Shown: positions 39,926 through 53,798 of the stretch, piece after piece | Numbering within the stretch: the first letter of the stretch is position 1 | Layout: every line of letters starts with the position of its first letter | DNA from: Octopus sinensis | Taxonomy: Eukaryota | NCBI RefSeq assembly: GCF_006345805.1 | Contig: NC_042998.1 | Coordinates: 179,180,001-179,244,000, forward strand | Reading direction: 5' to 3' | Length of the DNA: 64,000 nt | Made by a program: the position numbers and the translations under genes | Notes under the pieces: model-generated | The model's input: only the letters and a program-made list of their open reading frames with translations | What the model was told of the DNA's origin: nothing | Databases searched by the model: none

Positions 39926-39974
39926 AATGTATAGTCTTGGATATAGTGCTCTTTCTGTAAATGATGTATGCATA

Positions 39975-40145
39975 CACTAGCGTAGCTAGATGGTGGCGGT
40001 AGGGGCAGTCCACCCCGGGTGGCACTTTTAAAAGGTGGCACTTTTGGGTCTGCTGTAGGCAATATGTGTTTTTTTTTTTTGTGGAGTCCAGGAGTGGCAC
40101 ATGGAAGGGCCACATCGGGCGGCACACACTCTAGCTACGCTAGCA
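39975..40145. mobile_element. Small hAT-like MITE
   Basis: CACTAGCGTAGCTAGA..TCTAGCTACGCTAGCA; flanks TATGCATA / TATACATG (6/8). Confidence 0.6.
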
Positions 40146-40565
40146 TATACATGTTCACGCATGCATGTTTCCATGTATGTATAAACTTTGTAATGCAGTT
40201 ATATTTAGTTGGAAAGCATTATTTTTAATACTAGCCTTCATCAACGGACGACAAATAGCAGAATCAATAAACCATCTGATTGAATGTTTTGCTGTATATC
40301 AATACATACCTTTACTCTCCTAATCCGAATCGCTTTGAACTTCACAGAGACTTTCATCTTCCCCGAGTCAATACAACAAACTCCCGTGAACTCAATCTAC
40401 TTGACTCGACTCTTGATATGGTATTTAGTATCTGACAAAATTTCTACGTTAAAATATTTTCATACACCAACTTGATGCTTTTAGACACATTTACAACTCA
40501 ATCATTCTATCTATTGAATATATTGTCTGTATTCTATTATTATTATTATTATTATTATTAGTATT

Positions 40566-40601
<36 letters not shown>

Positions 40602-40613
40602 TTATCATTATTA

Positions 40614-40648
<35 letters not shown>

Positions 40649-41207
40649 GAGTGAGAGAGCAGTGTAATGCCATCAAAGTAACACTGGGGTAAAATATACG
40701 AAGCCCAGTATACCCATCATGACTACCCGTCTGATAAGGCTACACTAAGCACATGCATCACAACAATATGTGCGCGACATGGTGATCTCATATCAAGATG
40801 AACAGCACATGACCTTGCAGGTGGGGCCCAGTTAGAATTTTCTTCAGGTTGAGTAGCCCATGCCGCTCAAAAGGTCCCTGAATAAGGGTCGTTTAAGGAT
40901 GTTGAACGAACCACTCATGTTTCCAAAGGTGAATTATCCAAACCGCAAAGAATTCCTTTCAACACATGACTATGATGCTCCCCGACCACTTCTGCTCATG
41001 ATCAGAGATGCACATATCGTCAGCCACTAAGGGACATGCTCAACTGGTTAAGGTCAAACAACTGACAAGCAAAACTGTGGTATTGAGCAGAATATTTGCT
41101 GTAGCCCATCTTTCATACCAAGACAAAGCAATGTACATGATAGCACTTTCAATCAGTTAAGATCAGAAGCCACGAGAGCCACTGCCTGGTACTGCATCAG
41201 GGTATTT
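40649..41207 (-). mobile_element. ~555-bp non-coding retroposon flanked by (ATT)n; further copies at 53227-53771 and 54290-54848, partials at 50249-50402 and 51815-51950
   Basis: Near-identical copies starting GAGTGAGAGAGCAGTG on +, preceded by (ATT)n and, in full copies, followed by ATT/ATC repeats; sense strand inferred from the (AAT)n tail. Confidence 0.85.
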
Positions 41208-41217
41208 ATTGTTGTTG

Positions 41218-41265
<48 letters not shown>

Positions 41266-43134
41266 GTAGTAGTAGTAGTAGTAGTAGTAATTTTTTACAT
41301 AATTCATATTCCTGTCTTGACATATTCTGGATACTCATGTTGCTTAATCTTTTGTTTGTTCTGTGTATCATATATGATAACCAGAACATATTTCCCATTC
41401 GTCCATACATCTTATAAATGCACATACCCATTCTTTTAAACCACCAGAATAATTTGGGACTTATGAGAGGAAAACTGTATATTACTCAGGATATATAGAA
41501 CAAGGACTAACAAAATGATTGAAAACCAGAACGGACATTTAGGACAAACTTATAAAACTGATTTGGACAGGCAACGGGTTAAGCAGACAGATATCTCCAT
41601 TTAATATTTGATAAATCGAAATTTCGGAATTCTCCCCCTTTACCTTTTTGAGAGGAATTTTCATTAACGCAAAATGCTATTCTTCTCATTACGGGTATAA
41701 TTTCAATTGATTAAAAGTTAAGTTCAGCTTACCATAATTAAGTGTAGAAACCTGCACTTAATTTTGTTTTCTTTGGAAAGTGTTACATTTTGCCTCTAAG
41801 AGCGACTTCTTTCTTTTCTTTCAATGATTTCCATTCATTTTGGTTTTTTTTTTTTAAATTTATATATTCTCTTGTTCAACAGTTTTGACGTCGCCCTTCC
41901 ATTTCACTTAGTTATTAAAATAAAGAAAAATGAAGAAATCCAACCTTGCATCTATTTACACAGCTGTCTCTAATCAATGCTAAGCTGTAATTTATTTCAC
42001 TAATTATTACTAATCTTCTGTGTAATCTCTTATCGCAATCTTGAAACAAGATCTTAATATTCTATACTTCATATACTTTGATATTAGGTCTGATATCAAC
42101 ATTAGTATGGCAAATCAACGAGGGAACATCTGCATAGTCGTTTGATCTGCTGGAAATAGCAGTTAAAACACTCTTAAATCACACCCTGCTATATTAGGAT
42201 TAAAGAAAGAGACTTGTAAGAATACATTGCGGGTCTTTTCGGTTTGAATGGCAGTTTTTAAAAATAATTTCCACGTAACTAAAAAATTTTAAACTTCGTA
42301 TACTGGTAGAATGTGTTTATAAAACATCTTTTTCTCTTGGCTTTATTGAGAAAATTCTATAGTTTGTAAGATATTTGTTGCTTTTTTCTTCAATTTCTGC
42401 AATTTCAACCAATCACTGACGTCTATTGAGTTAAAAACATTTTGTGCCGTATGAATATGTCTCTCATTTAAGAAACAGATTGGGTTTATTTACATTTGTG
42501 AAGAAAAAAGGGTTCGATTCCATTGCGAGGTGTCTTATAGTAAATGGAATTTTCTATATCATTGAGTTGAGTCATATGCTGTGTGTGAAATTAAATTGAC
42601 GGAAAAGGCACAAAAGCCTGTTGTGGGTATCGTAACTGTATTTAAAATGTACAGCTTTGTCACACACACGCATGCTGTATCATGCTGATTCCACGTGTGA
42701 ATTACGTTAAGGAGTATACGTGTCCGTGGAATACTCAGCCACTGACATATTAATTCAGGGGAAGATAATGCAGTCGGTTAAACAACTGAATCTTCGCTGT
42801 TGAATAACAGAGATTAGAGGGAAGGAAACAGACGTGACCGGCACTTCATTTTATTGACTCAGAACATAAAAGGTAATGTTGACTGCTGGAGGATTTGAAC
42901 CCGGAATGCAAAGGACCATAACTAAGTACTGCTCTACCGACTCAGCCAAACTTCCACATTTATTGCATTAATGTATGATGAAGGCATAAGTGTTGCGGAA
43001 ACGGTAGTACACTCATCAAAATGTCTTACATAATTTCCTTTCAATGCACCTTGTTTCGAGTTCTTATCCATTTGCAGCTAACGTTATCTTCCATTGTTTT
43101 GGGGCCAGTAGCACAGGGTTTAAGGCCAATAGCA

Positions 43135-43290
43135 TATGGTTGCGTTTAGGGGTGAGGATTGTGCTTTGGGGTGAAGGTTGCGCTTTGGGGTGAAGGTTGC
43201 GCTTTGGGGTGATGGTTGCGCTTTGGGGTGAGAGTTGTGCTTTGGGGTGAGGGTTGCACTTTGGAGCGAAGGTTGCGCTTTGGGGCGAGG
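43135..43290. repeat. 19-bp minisatellite GAAGGTTGCGCTTTGGGGT, ~8 copies
   Basis: Directly visible. Confidence 0.9.
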
Positions 43291-43901
43291 GTCCACCTTA
43301 GGCAACACCTTTAGTGGGGGGACTGGATCTTCTGGATCTACTGTAAAAATCCGTGTAGGCTGTGGTGGGCCACAGAGGGGGCACAGCAAACTCAAGGGCT
43401 TCCACGAGTGACACACACTACCTACACCACCGTTTGGGGGGTCAATCAAATATTCGCCAGTCATGTATAGTAATTAATGGTAATCGACCATACACCTTCC
43501 TTACAACTTGTATCATGTAACAAATAAGGGCATGCCTACACAAGTGGGTCCCCACTTCCCCCTGACTTTGTTTCCTCATAACTTTCAGAAAAATTGAGCT
43601 TTGTTAATGAAATTCTCTACTCTGCTCCAAAGCGAGAATAAGTTCCCAGAAAGCTATGATTATATTACAGCTTTAATTCTAGTCCAGACAATTCATTTAA
43701 ATCACTCTTCCCACCTTTCTAACTGGATGAAGTGGTAAATAACCCTTCCTTTCAAAATCTTCCTCACATTGACTGAAAGAGTGTCATAAGCAAAACTGAA
43801 GACCCAGTTTTCACCAAAGTACTTCATTTCCTTTTAAAAGTACATTTCATACATAGGATCAATTCGTTTATATATTTATATATGTTTTTGTTTGTTTACA
43901 G

Positions 43902-44036
43902 GTTTATTTTTGGTGGCCTTCTACAGTTTGGCAGTGCTAATATGTGTTCCTGTCTGCTACGTCCAGCTCAAACTAGGGTCACTCTTTCGGTCTGGAACTG
44001 TTGGCATTATAGGGTCAATTATGCCCCTTTTCAAAG
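43902..44036 (+). CDS. SLC6 (sodium:neurotransmitter symporter) family protein, divergent; exon encoding TM2/IL1
   Basis: Acceptor TTTGTTTACAG|, donor AAAG|GTAAGA, 135 nt, phase 1/1; (G)LFLVAFYSLAVLICVPVCYVQLKLGSLFRSGTVGIIGSIMPLFK(G) aligns with GAFL..P...EL.LGQ..G..PLFKG; both intron positions match conserved SLC6 introns. Confidence 0.85.
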
Positions 44037-44579
44037 GTAAGAAATTCCAGTTGTCTACTTCTGTGATGTTTGCTTGTTTTTTCTGTCCTTTTCCAACTGT
44101 CTTTTATTATTCTGTTTTAACTCTGAAATTTAAAAAAAAAAAATAAAGAAAAATTTGCTACACAAATATATAAAGTCTTTGATTTATAAGGGAAAAAAAT
44201 TACATCAAGACATTCATCAAATCATGGAATTTTCAGTTATTTAACCATTGAGCATTTAAATTGACCACATTAGGCTTATATATTCTGCATGTCTTATGTT
44301 CAAACCAGTCAGATTCAGCCTTTCACACCTACCATACAATGGCATTCTAAAAATATACAACCAACATCATTGAAATCTTGAAGCTACAAGGTAATGTATA
44401 GTAAATTCAAACCAAATGCAATAAATAAGCATTATGTTTGACTAAATAATCTGAATGTCAAAGGTTAAAACCATGTTACTGAATTAATATGACTACAACC
44501 AACAATTGAAACTGCTTGTTCATATTACATGCAGTAAATATCATATATGGTTTATATTTTTTTTCAAATTATAGTTATG

Positions 44580-44868
44580 ATACCCATGCTGGTGGCACGT
44601 AAAAAGCACCAGCCAAACGTGGCATCCACGTCGGTGACACATAAAAAGCACCAACTGATTGTGGCCATTTGCCAGCCTCCCCTGGCTCCTGTGCCGGTGG
44701 CACATAAAAAGCACTCAGTACACTCACAGAGTGGTTGGCGTTAGGAAGGGCATCCAGCTGTAGAAACACTGCCAGATCAGACTGGGGCTTGGCACAGCCT
44801 CCTGGCTTCCCAGACCCCGGTTGAACCATCCACTCCATGCTAGCATGAAAAACGGATGTTAAATGATT

Positions 44869-44900
<32 letters not shown>
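44580..44900 (+). mobile_element. SINE with RTE-type 3' tail and (GAT)n end
   Basis: Repeated GGTGGCACGTAAAAAGCAC, GGCGTTAGGAAGGGCATCCAGC domain, CCATGCTAGCATG..GATGATGAT tail; related tails at 47550-47672 and 56655-56846 (minus). Confidence 0.75.
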
Positions 44901-44901
<1 letters not shown>

Positions 44902-45362
44902 TAGTTACATGACCAATTTTTGTATAAAACATTTCCAGTCAATAAAATCTTACTACATATGTTATGGGCACTTTCGAATTATTGAGACAGCTTCTGTACA
45001 GTTGTTCAACTTGCAGAAATGGCTGCCAAATCTCTTTCATATACTCTGCCACCTTCAAAACATAAGGGCCCGTTGGACTGTATGGTCCAAGTTATACAAA
45101 ACCTAAGGCTGTCAGTGTTGGAACATTTTTGATTAAGATTGAACTGTTCATCCATCAATAACACACACACACACACACACACATTTCGTTTGAGTTGTCT
45201 TCTACCTTTTCTATCCAAAGGGTTTTCAACCCAATATTTACATGCTCATATTTATAGCTTTATTTGCTTCAAGATTCACCGTTTCTAAAAAGAATTTATG
45301 TTGTTGAAGTTTCTAAATTCTTATATCATCAACATATGTATGCATATGAATACATACATACA

Positions 45363-45394
<32 letters not shown>

Positions 45395-45591
45395 ATATAT
45401 ATATATTATATATATATATATATATAATATATATATATATACAGATATATACATACATACACATATATATATATACATATATATATATACATACACACAC
45501 ATATATATATATAAATTGGTGTAATGACAAATTACACACACACACACTCATCTCTGTATATATAGATATATGTAGGTATGTATGTGTGTGA

Positions 45592-45711
<120 letters not shown>

Positions 45712-45760
45712 CACACATTCATATGCATATACATACCTACATATATCTATATATAGAGAG

Positions 45761-45864
<104 letters not shown>

Positions 45865-46356
45865 CTGTCATTACTCCAATTTTTCCATTAGGAATGTGAT
45901 TAAAAGTGAGCAGAATCCCAAGTTGCTCATTTCTGTCACATTCCTCAATAAGAAAATTGGAGTAACAACAGCTTAAAACCTCAGCTTCAAGTGAATAAAT
46001 ATATTCTACAATATTTATTGAATATTATTTTTGCTCTTGACAGTACATCTAAATGCACATACTTACAAAACTTATACACATATGAATTTATTAATCCATA
46101 AAAGCAAAATGTCAGTGAATGAATAAACAATTGAATTCATAAACAGAAGTAAATGAGTATTTTTTTTTACAAATTGACAGCTATGTTGAAACTTTGTCAA
46201 ACATAACTTTTCAGTTGAGAGATGGGAGAAAGAGAGAAAGCTCAAATGGAACATCATGGGAAAATAAATCAAAGTATACACATTTAAATAACTATAGATA
46301 TTCTATGTTATGCATCTTGTGTTATTTTCTATGCATTGTTCCATTTAAGATATATA

Positions 46357-46527
46357 GGCGCAGGAGTGGCTGTGTGGTAAGTAGCTTGCTAACCAGCCAC
46401 ATGGTTGCGGGTTCAGTACCACTGCGTGGCATCTTGGGCAAGTGTCTTCTGCCATAGCCCCGGGCCGACCAATGCCTTGTGAGTGGATTTGGTAGACGGA
46501 AACTGAAAGAAGCCTGTCGTATATATG

Positions 46528-46560
<33 letters not shown>

Positions 46561-46787
46561 TGTGTGTGTGTGTGTTGTGTGTCTGTGTTTGTCCCCCTAG
46601 CATTGCTTGACAACCGATGCTGGTGTGTTTACGTCCCCGTAACTTAGTGGTTCGGCAAAAGAGACCGATAGAATAAGTACTGGCTTACAAAGAATAAGTG
46701 CCAGGGTTGAGTTGATTGACTAAAGGCGGTGCTCCAGCATGGCTGCAGTCAAATGACTGAAACAAGTAAAAGAGTAAAGAGAGAGTA
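46357..46787 (+). mobile_element. SINE family A, full length
   Basis: Complete head, tract and tail. Confidence 0.92.
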
Positions 46788-47170
46788 TCTCTCTATATAT
46801 AAAGCTGAAGTTGTCTGTGTATGGCAGGTTTGGTAGCCTTCAACTAACACTATCTCCTCCGAGACCCTGCGGCGCAAGTTGACCAAAATTGAGAGTATGA
46901 TAGAAGAAGGCTTACTCTACTTTCCGTAGAAGAAAAAATTCAAATCAGACCATGTTAACACCAAAAATTATTTACATCAAAAAGGTGCTTTTTTTCTATG
47001 AAAATCCCTATTTGTTACTATTTTTTGACTGCTGTGTCGCCATTTTTCGGTGTATTTCAACAAGAAAAATGTTCACTTAAAGAGAATACATAATGCAAAA
47101 TTTTTAATTTTCAAAGATCCAATTCTAAAGGGTCAAAACAAACCCAAGCAATGCTGGGCAATACTGCTAG
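46788..47170 (+). mobile_element. Non-autonomous Helitron
   Basis: A|TC start, subterminal hairpin CCCAAGCAATGCTGGG, CTAG|T end, no TSD. Confidence 0.8.
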
Positions 47171-47299
47171 TATATATATATATATATATGGATGTTTGTG
47201 TCTCCTTGTCTTGACACAGTGTGATAGTTGTAAATGAGTCTACTGATATACAAAGCAGTTTCATTCATTTCTATATTCTGGCCATGGGAAAATACTCTT

Positions 47300-47510
47300 T
47301 TCTACTCTAGGCACAAGGCCGAAAATTTTGGGGGAGAGAGGCCAGATGATTAGATCGACCCCAGCATGCAACTGGTACTTAATTTATCAACTCTGAAAGG
47401 ATGAAAAGCAAAGTCGACCTCGGCGGAATTTGAACTCAGAACGTAAAGACAGACGAAATACCGCTAAGCATTTCACCTGGCGTGCTAACGTTTCTGCCAG
47501 CTCGCTGCCT
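47300..47510 (-). mobile_element. SINE family B-related
   Basis: Reverse complement of the head and centre. Confidence 0.8.
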
Positions 47511-47641
47511 TGGCCAAAGGAAAATATCACCTTGCATGGAAACAGGTGAGAGTTGGCAACAGGAAGGGCATCTGGCCATAGAAAGTCTGCCTCAGCAAAA
47601 CTCCGTCCTCCACACGCAAACATAGAAAAGTAGATATTAAA

Positions 47642-47673
<32 letters not shown>

Positions 47674-48074
47674 AACAAATATTAGTCTCAAATTTTTGGC
47701 ACAAAGCAGCAATTTCAGGTGGAGGAGATAAGTCAATTACATTGACACCCCCCCCCAACTCCACCCACCCATTAGTGTTCAACTGGTATTTTGTTTTATT
47801 GAACCGTAAGGACAAAAGGGAAAGTTGACCTCAGATGAAATTGAACTCAGAACCATGAGATGGACAAAATGCTGCTAAGCAGTTTTCCCAATGTGCTAAC
47901 TATTCTGCCAGTTTGCCACCTTAATGATCACAAATATTGATAGGCTGTTGGATAGATAGATAGGCTGGTACATGCATGGCTTGCTGGCTGGTTGGCTGGC
48001 TGGCTGGTTGGATAGCTTGCTAGCTGGCTGGTTGGTTGGCTGGCTAGTTGGCCTTGTACACGAATAGATAGATA

Positions 48075-48491
48075 CATTTCTTTATTAGCCACACAGGGCT
48101 GAACACAGAAGGGACAGATTACAAAGTAGAGCTTTTATTTTGGGGGAGAAAAAAAAATAAAAGGGGAGTAGGTTTTCGATCAAAAGGGATCTTAAAAAGA
48201 AAAAGAAAAAAAACGATCAATAGGGATCGTGTATCACAGAAATGTCATGATGTAAAGTGTAAAGGGGGAAGCAGATAAGGTTTATCCGTGAAAAGAAAAG
48301 CCTATGGAAAAGACCACGATAACCTCGGTCAATAATATCACATGTTAACACATTTATTTGCAAGTAAGTAACCCTCTGTTTTAAATTCTGGGTTCATTGG
48401 ATTATGCTCAAGGTGGCCTCGTCATTCATACTTGCCGTCCTTGCTACATTCACCCATCTTTTTTTGAAACATTCGCAAGACAAAACTTGCC
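48075..48491 (-). mobile_element. L1/Tx1-type LINE 3' end (ORF2 C-terminus + 3' UTR)
   Basis: Minus translation QVLSCECFKKRWVNVARTASMNDEATLSIIQ*, T-rich UTR, AATAAAGAAA end; both flanks are GATA/GACA repeats. Confidence 0.65.
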
Positions 48492-48509
48492 TACAGACAG
48501 ACAGACAGA

Positions 48510-48719
48510 TATTGGAAACAGTTTACAAACAGTGGAACTTTGAATAAATTAAGAGCCAGGAAATTTATTTATAGTTTCACAAATATTGATAATTTTTTTA
48601 AAATATATAACATTTGGAGAGATAATAAACATGATAAAATTTGATTTAGATGATGTATCATTAGCAATACAGTTCTTAGAAACCTATATATCTATCCACC
48701 TATCCGTTCACATACAAGA

Positions 48720-48781
<62 letters not shown>

Positions 48782-48904
48782 GTCTGTCTGTCTGTCTATC
48801 TAGACAGGCAGGCAGACAGACAGACAGACAAAAAGATAGATAGACAGACAGGCAGATAGATAAATAGATAGATAGACGGAAAGATAGCTAGACAGACAGA
48901 TAGG

Positions 48905-48975
<71 letters not shown>

Positions 48976-49202
48976 TATTTTATGTGAACAGATAGGTGGA
49001 TAGATATATAGGTTTCTAAGAAATGTATTGCTAAAAATATCAAGTAAAGATTTTACATCATCTAAATCAAATTTTATCATGTTTATTATCTCTCCAAATG
49101 TTATATATTTTTTAAAAATTATCAATATTTTGTGAAAGTATAAATAAATTCCCTGGCTCTTAATTTATTCAAAGTTCCACTGTTTGTGAACTGTTTCCAA
49201 TA
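48510..49202. repeat. ~690-bp imperfect palindrome (inverted duplication)
   Basis: TATTGGAAACAG.. to ..CTGTTTCCAATA; (TATC)n mirrored as (GATA)n; several substitutions and an indel between arms. Confidence 0.9.
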
Positions 49203-49228
49203 AATATATATATATATATATATATATA

Positions 49229-49308
49229 CTTTATTTAAAGCAGCAGAAAATTCAACGAGAAACTCAGAGTAACAGGTTTTGTTGAATTTTCTGCTGCTTT
49301 AAATAAAG
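49229..49308. repeat. Hairpin with perfect 28-bp arms and 24-nt spacer
   Basis: CTTTATTTAAAGCAGCAGAAAATTCAAC / GTTGAATTTTCTGCTGCTTTAAATAAAG. Confidence 0.9.
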
Positions 49309-49396
49309 CATATTACTCTACCACTGAGTACTCTTTTTTCCTCCTTGTTTCACATTTATGTGTTTACTCCGGTATATATATATATATATATATATA

Positions 49397-49810
49397 CTCT
49401 TTTCTCTTTTACTCTTTTACTTGTTTCAGTCATTTGACTGCGGCCATGCTGGAGCACCGCCTTTAGTTGAGCAAATCGACCCCGGGACTTATTCTTTGTA
49501 AGCCCAGTACTTATTCTATCGGTCTCTTTTGCCGAACCGCTAAGTGACGGGGACGTAAACACACCAGCATCGGTTGTCAAGCAATGCTAGGGGGACAAAC
49601 ACAGACACACAAACATATACACACACTTATATATATATACATATATACGACAGGCTTCTTTCAGTTTCCGTCTACCAAATCCACTCACAAGGCATTGGTC
49701 AGCCCGGGGCTATAGCAGAAGACATTTGCCCAAGATGCCACACAGTGGGACTGAACCCGGAACCATGTGGTTGGTTAGCAAGCTACTTACTAAACAGCCA
49801 CTCCTGCGCC
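49397..49810 (-). mobile_element. SINE family A, full length
   Basis: Complete tail and head. Confidence 0.93.
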
Positions 49811-50420
49811 TATATATATATATATATATATATATATCTCAATACAAATACATTATTCTTCCTCATTCTTGTTGACTAAAAATTAATATTTCATTTGGTG
49901 CTGCGCTGCTATTTAATTAGTTCTTCAATGGCTGCTTATTTTCGCTTAATTTTTATTCCTTCTCTTAAAGAAGTAAGATACATTTCTTATCTCTACTATG
50001 ATAAGGAAAGTCTGAAATGTATTTTAATACATAGTGCACTGAATAGCTTTCTAGATACAACTAAAAGTCAGAAGGAAAGTGAACCTCCGGTCATTCCCCA
50101 AAAGCCTGCACACAGACAAGATAATGATGAATTGCAAGCACAGAGTACAAAAATGGTGATGATAATTTTGTTGATGATGACTGTGGTAATTTTTGTTGTT
50201 GTTGTTGTTGTTCTTATTATTATTATCATTATCATCATCACTATTATTGAGCAAGAGAGCAGCACATGCCACCAAAGAGGTGCTGGAGTACAAATACACG
50301 AAGCCCAATATATCCATCATGACTCCCCTGTCTGATAAGGGTACACCAGGCACAGGCAACCGAACCATATGCGCATAACACGGCCATATGTACATGACAC
50401 TGTTATTATTATTATTATTA

Positions 50421-50451
<31 letters not shown>

Positions 50452-51798
50452 TGATGAAAACTCACCGCTTATTTTGCTGGGTATGATGGAAAGTGTCAGC
50501 TGTCCACAGCTAACAGACTAAGGTGACACTTGTTTATTGGCCATGCTTCAAGAACTCTGCAAAGAATTCTTGCAGTTCCAAGCAATGCTGATTTTTGTAG
50601 GTGTTCTACTTTCACACATGCACTAATTTTTTTCAGAGTGCTGGTACTTCCAAGTGCACCAATTGTGATTGGTATCACATCTACTATTTTGAAGGCGGCG
50701 AGCTGGCAGAAACGTTAGCACGCCGGGCGAAATGCTTAGTGGTATTTCGTCTGCGTTACGTTGTGAGTTCAAATTCCGCCGAGGTTGACTTTGCCTTTTA
50801 TCCTTTCGGGGTCGATAAATTAAGTACCAGTTACGCACTGGGGTCGATGTAATCGACTTAATACCTATGTCTGTCCTTGTTTGTCCCCTCTGTGTTTAGC
50901 CCCTTGTGGGTAATAAAGAAATAGGTATCACATCTACTCTCCTCATTAATCACTACCTTCGTATTTCCCATGCCAAATCATCATAGTTGTTTGTTTTTCT
51001 TCTTCTTTCACATTGATCCTGTTGTCACCAGGTATGCTCTGTTGATTATCATGCATATGTTTTTCTTTTTTATTCACCACAACAATGTCTGGTTCCTGAT
51101 GTCTGGTCAGGTGATTGCATTTAATCATTGCATCCACATTCTCGGTGACTCCTTCTGGGGTTTGCTCATACCACGTTTTTGCTCTTTGTAGGCCGTGGTT
51201 TCCACAGAGCTCCCAATGGCATTGCCATGGCATCTTTTGTATTTGCGTTGTGCCAATTTCGGGCATTCACTAATGAATGCCATACTGTTTCACCTGTCTC
51301 ACCACACATTCTGCATTTGTTGCTGTTAGTAGTGTTATCTATTCTGCACTTTACATAGTTGGTCCTTAATGCTTGTTCTTGAGCTGCGCATATGAATGTT
51401 TCTGTCTCTATCTTCAGGTCACTCCTCCTCATCCATAGCCACCGGTCCTCTGTATCTGTTTTGGCATTCACATTTCTTGCAAACTGTCCATACATTTTAT
51501 TTCTCCTTCCATGCTGTTTCTTTTTTTCTGTTCATTTCTTCTTTAAATTTTTCCTTCATTACACAATTCTCAGTTTTGATGATGCTGGCCTTCTTCGAAT
51601 GTTTCAAAAATGGCTCCATGGCATTTTTATATTCTACCCTAAGCTGTTTTCCTCTGCTTCGATACAGTCTGGCAACTGATCAAACCTCTCCCAACTTTTC
51701 TTCTGGACAAGCACAGACTATCAGTGTCACTCTTAGGGTGGAAGGCTGTGTGTACTGTCAACATTTTTCTTGTCTTATTAGTGGAAGGCTCCATGTAC
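50452..51798 (-). mobile_element. R4/Dong-clade non-LTR retrotransposon 3' portion (zinc finger + restriction-like endonuclease), degenerate
   Basis: AAQEQALRTNY..CRMCGETGETVWH; HWELC..WYEQTPE..PDIVVV..IPGD.RI..KE; IPITIGALG..LQKSALLGTARIL; flanked by (ATT)n; interrupted by SINE B. Confidence 0.88.
50686..50923 (+). mobile_element. SINE family B with 15-bp TSD
   Basis: GGTATCACATCTACT at 50671-50685 and 50924-50938. Confidence 0.93.
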
Positions 51799-52013
51799 TA
51801 TTATTATTATAATTGAGTGAGAGAGCAGTGCATGCCATCAAAGTGAAACTGGGGTAAAATATACGAAGCCCAGTTTACCCATTGTGACTACCTGTCTGAT
51901 AAGGGTACATCAGGCACATGAGTGAGAGAGCAACACATGCCATCAAAGAAGTATTAATGCTGTTATCTTTATTATCTCACAATAATCATTGCTATTATTA
52001 TTATTATTATTAT

Positions 52014-52075
<62 letters not shown>

Positions 52076-52772
52076 AGTGATGTTCCAATATATAGGAACA
52101 GACATGGTGGGTGGTTAAGAAGCTTACTTTGCAACTGCGTGGTTTCAGGTTCAGTACCTGTATATGATACCTTGGGCAAGTGTCTTCATCTATAGCCCCA
52201 GGCCAATGGATGCCTTATGAGTGGATTTGGTTGGCAGAAACTGTGGAGGACTGTCTTACACATACATACATACATACATACATACACACACATACATACA
52301 TACATACATACCTACATACATACATATGTACATACACACTCACACACATACTCATACACACATACATGTGTATGCACATAAGAAGACAAAGAAAATTTTG
52401 TAACACATCTTTAATGATTTGTTATAATTGTTTCTGTATCAGCTCTATGCAAAGATTCAGCATCAAAGGTGTGCTCTCACATTGTGCTTCTTCCAGGCTT
52501 TGGTTTTTGGCTTATATTTGGAAGAAACAAAAAAAAAAGAAAAAAAAGCACAAAATAAATAAATATAAGTGTGGTTAAGAGATGAGTAAGTAGGATAGAG
52601 ACTATGTAGTGGTGGGGGAATCAAAAAGAAGAAGAAGAAGAAGAAGGAGGAGGAGGAGGAAGAGGAGGAGGAGGAGCATTCCAGCTTTGGTCTGGAATCC
52701 AACAGTGTCGACAGCCCAGTATTTGGGCTGTCAACCCTAACTTTACACCCTACCAGGACTTTAGGCCACATG

Positions 52773-52811
<39 letters not shown>

Positions 52812-53226
52812 ACACAACTTATAACCATATTTTCAAAATTTACACTTCTCATCATTTCTTAACTTATGCAGATTACACCCATGTTTACACATTTGCCTTA
52901 ATAATATTACAGTTTCTAAATTTAACGGTAAAAATGGATAGGTATGTTGGCATAATTGGCAGTATACTTATTGCGAAAATAATAGACATGAGTTGGATTC
53001 CCATGTGTACTAATGCCTAAATTTTTTTTCCTGTCAAGGTCTTATATGCCCCAATATTAGACATTACCTTTCATCTTTCTAGTGTGGATGAAATAAATAC
53101 CAGTTGAGCACTTTAGGTGATGTAATTAACTTATCCCCTAACCCCAGATTTGCTGACCCTGTACCAAAATTTGAAATCATCATCATCATCATCATCATCA
53201 TTATTATTATTATTATTATTATTATT

Positions 53227-53767
53227 GAGTGAGAGAGCAGTGCATGCCATCAAAGTGACACCAGGGTAAAATATATGAAGCCCAGTATACCCATCATGAC
53301 TACCCATCTGATAAGGGTACACTAGGCACATGCATCACAACCATATGTGCGCGACATGGTGATATCATATCAAGATAAACAGCACATGACCTTGCAGGTG
53401 GAGCCCAGTTAGAATTTTCTTCAGGTTGAGTAGCCCATCCCGCTCAAAAGGTCCCTGAATAAGGGTTGTTTAAGGATGTTGAAAGAACCACCCATGTTTC
53501 CAGAGGTGAATTATTCAAACCCCAAAGAAGCCCTCTCAACACATGGCTATGATGCTCCCCCACTACTTCTGCTTGTGATCAGAGATGCACATATCGTCAG
53601 CCACTAAGGGACATGCTCAACTGGTTAAGGTCAAACAACTGACAAGCAAATCTGTGGTATTGAGCAGAATATTTGTTGTAGCCCATCTTTTATACCAAGA
53701 CAAAACAATGTACATAATAATACTTCCAATCAGTTAAGATCAGAAGTCACAAGAGCCACAGCCTAGG

Positions 53768-53771
<4 letters not shown>
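53227..53771 (-). mobile_element. (ATT)n-flanked ~555-bp retroposon copy
   Basis: Near-identical to 40649-41207. Confidence 0.88.

Positions 53772-53798
<27 letters not shown>

Noticed and set aside
41153-41439. GRMGNMFWLSYM (minus) and CVSYMITRTYFPF (plus) as possible SLC6 TM1
   Set aside because: Wrong strand or no phase-1 donor; similarity too weak.
49895-50335. 146-aa ORF containing ESEPPVIPQKP
   Set aside because: Lies between two exons that already join seamlessly (PLFKG|AGIA), runs into simple repeats, and has no family signal.
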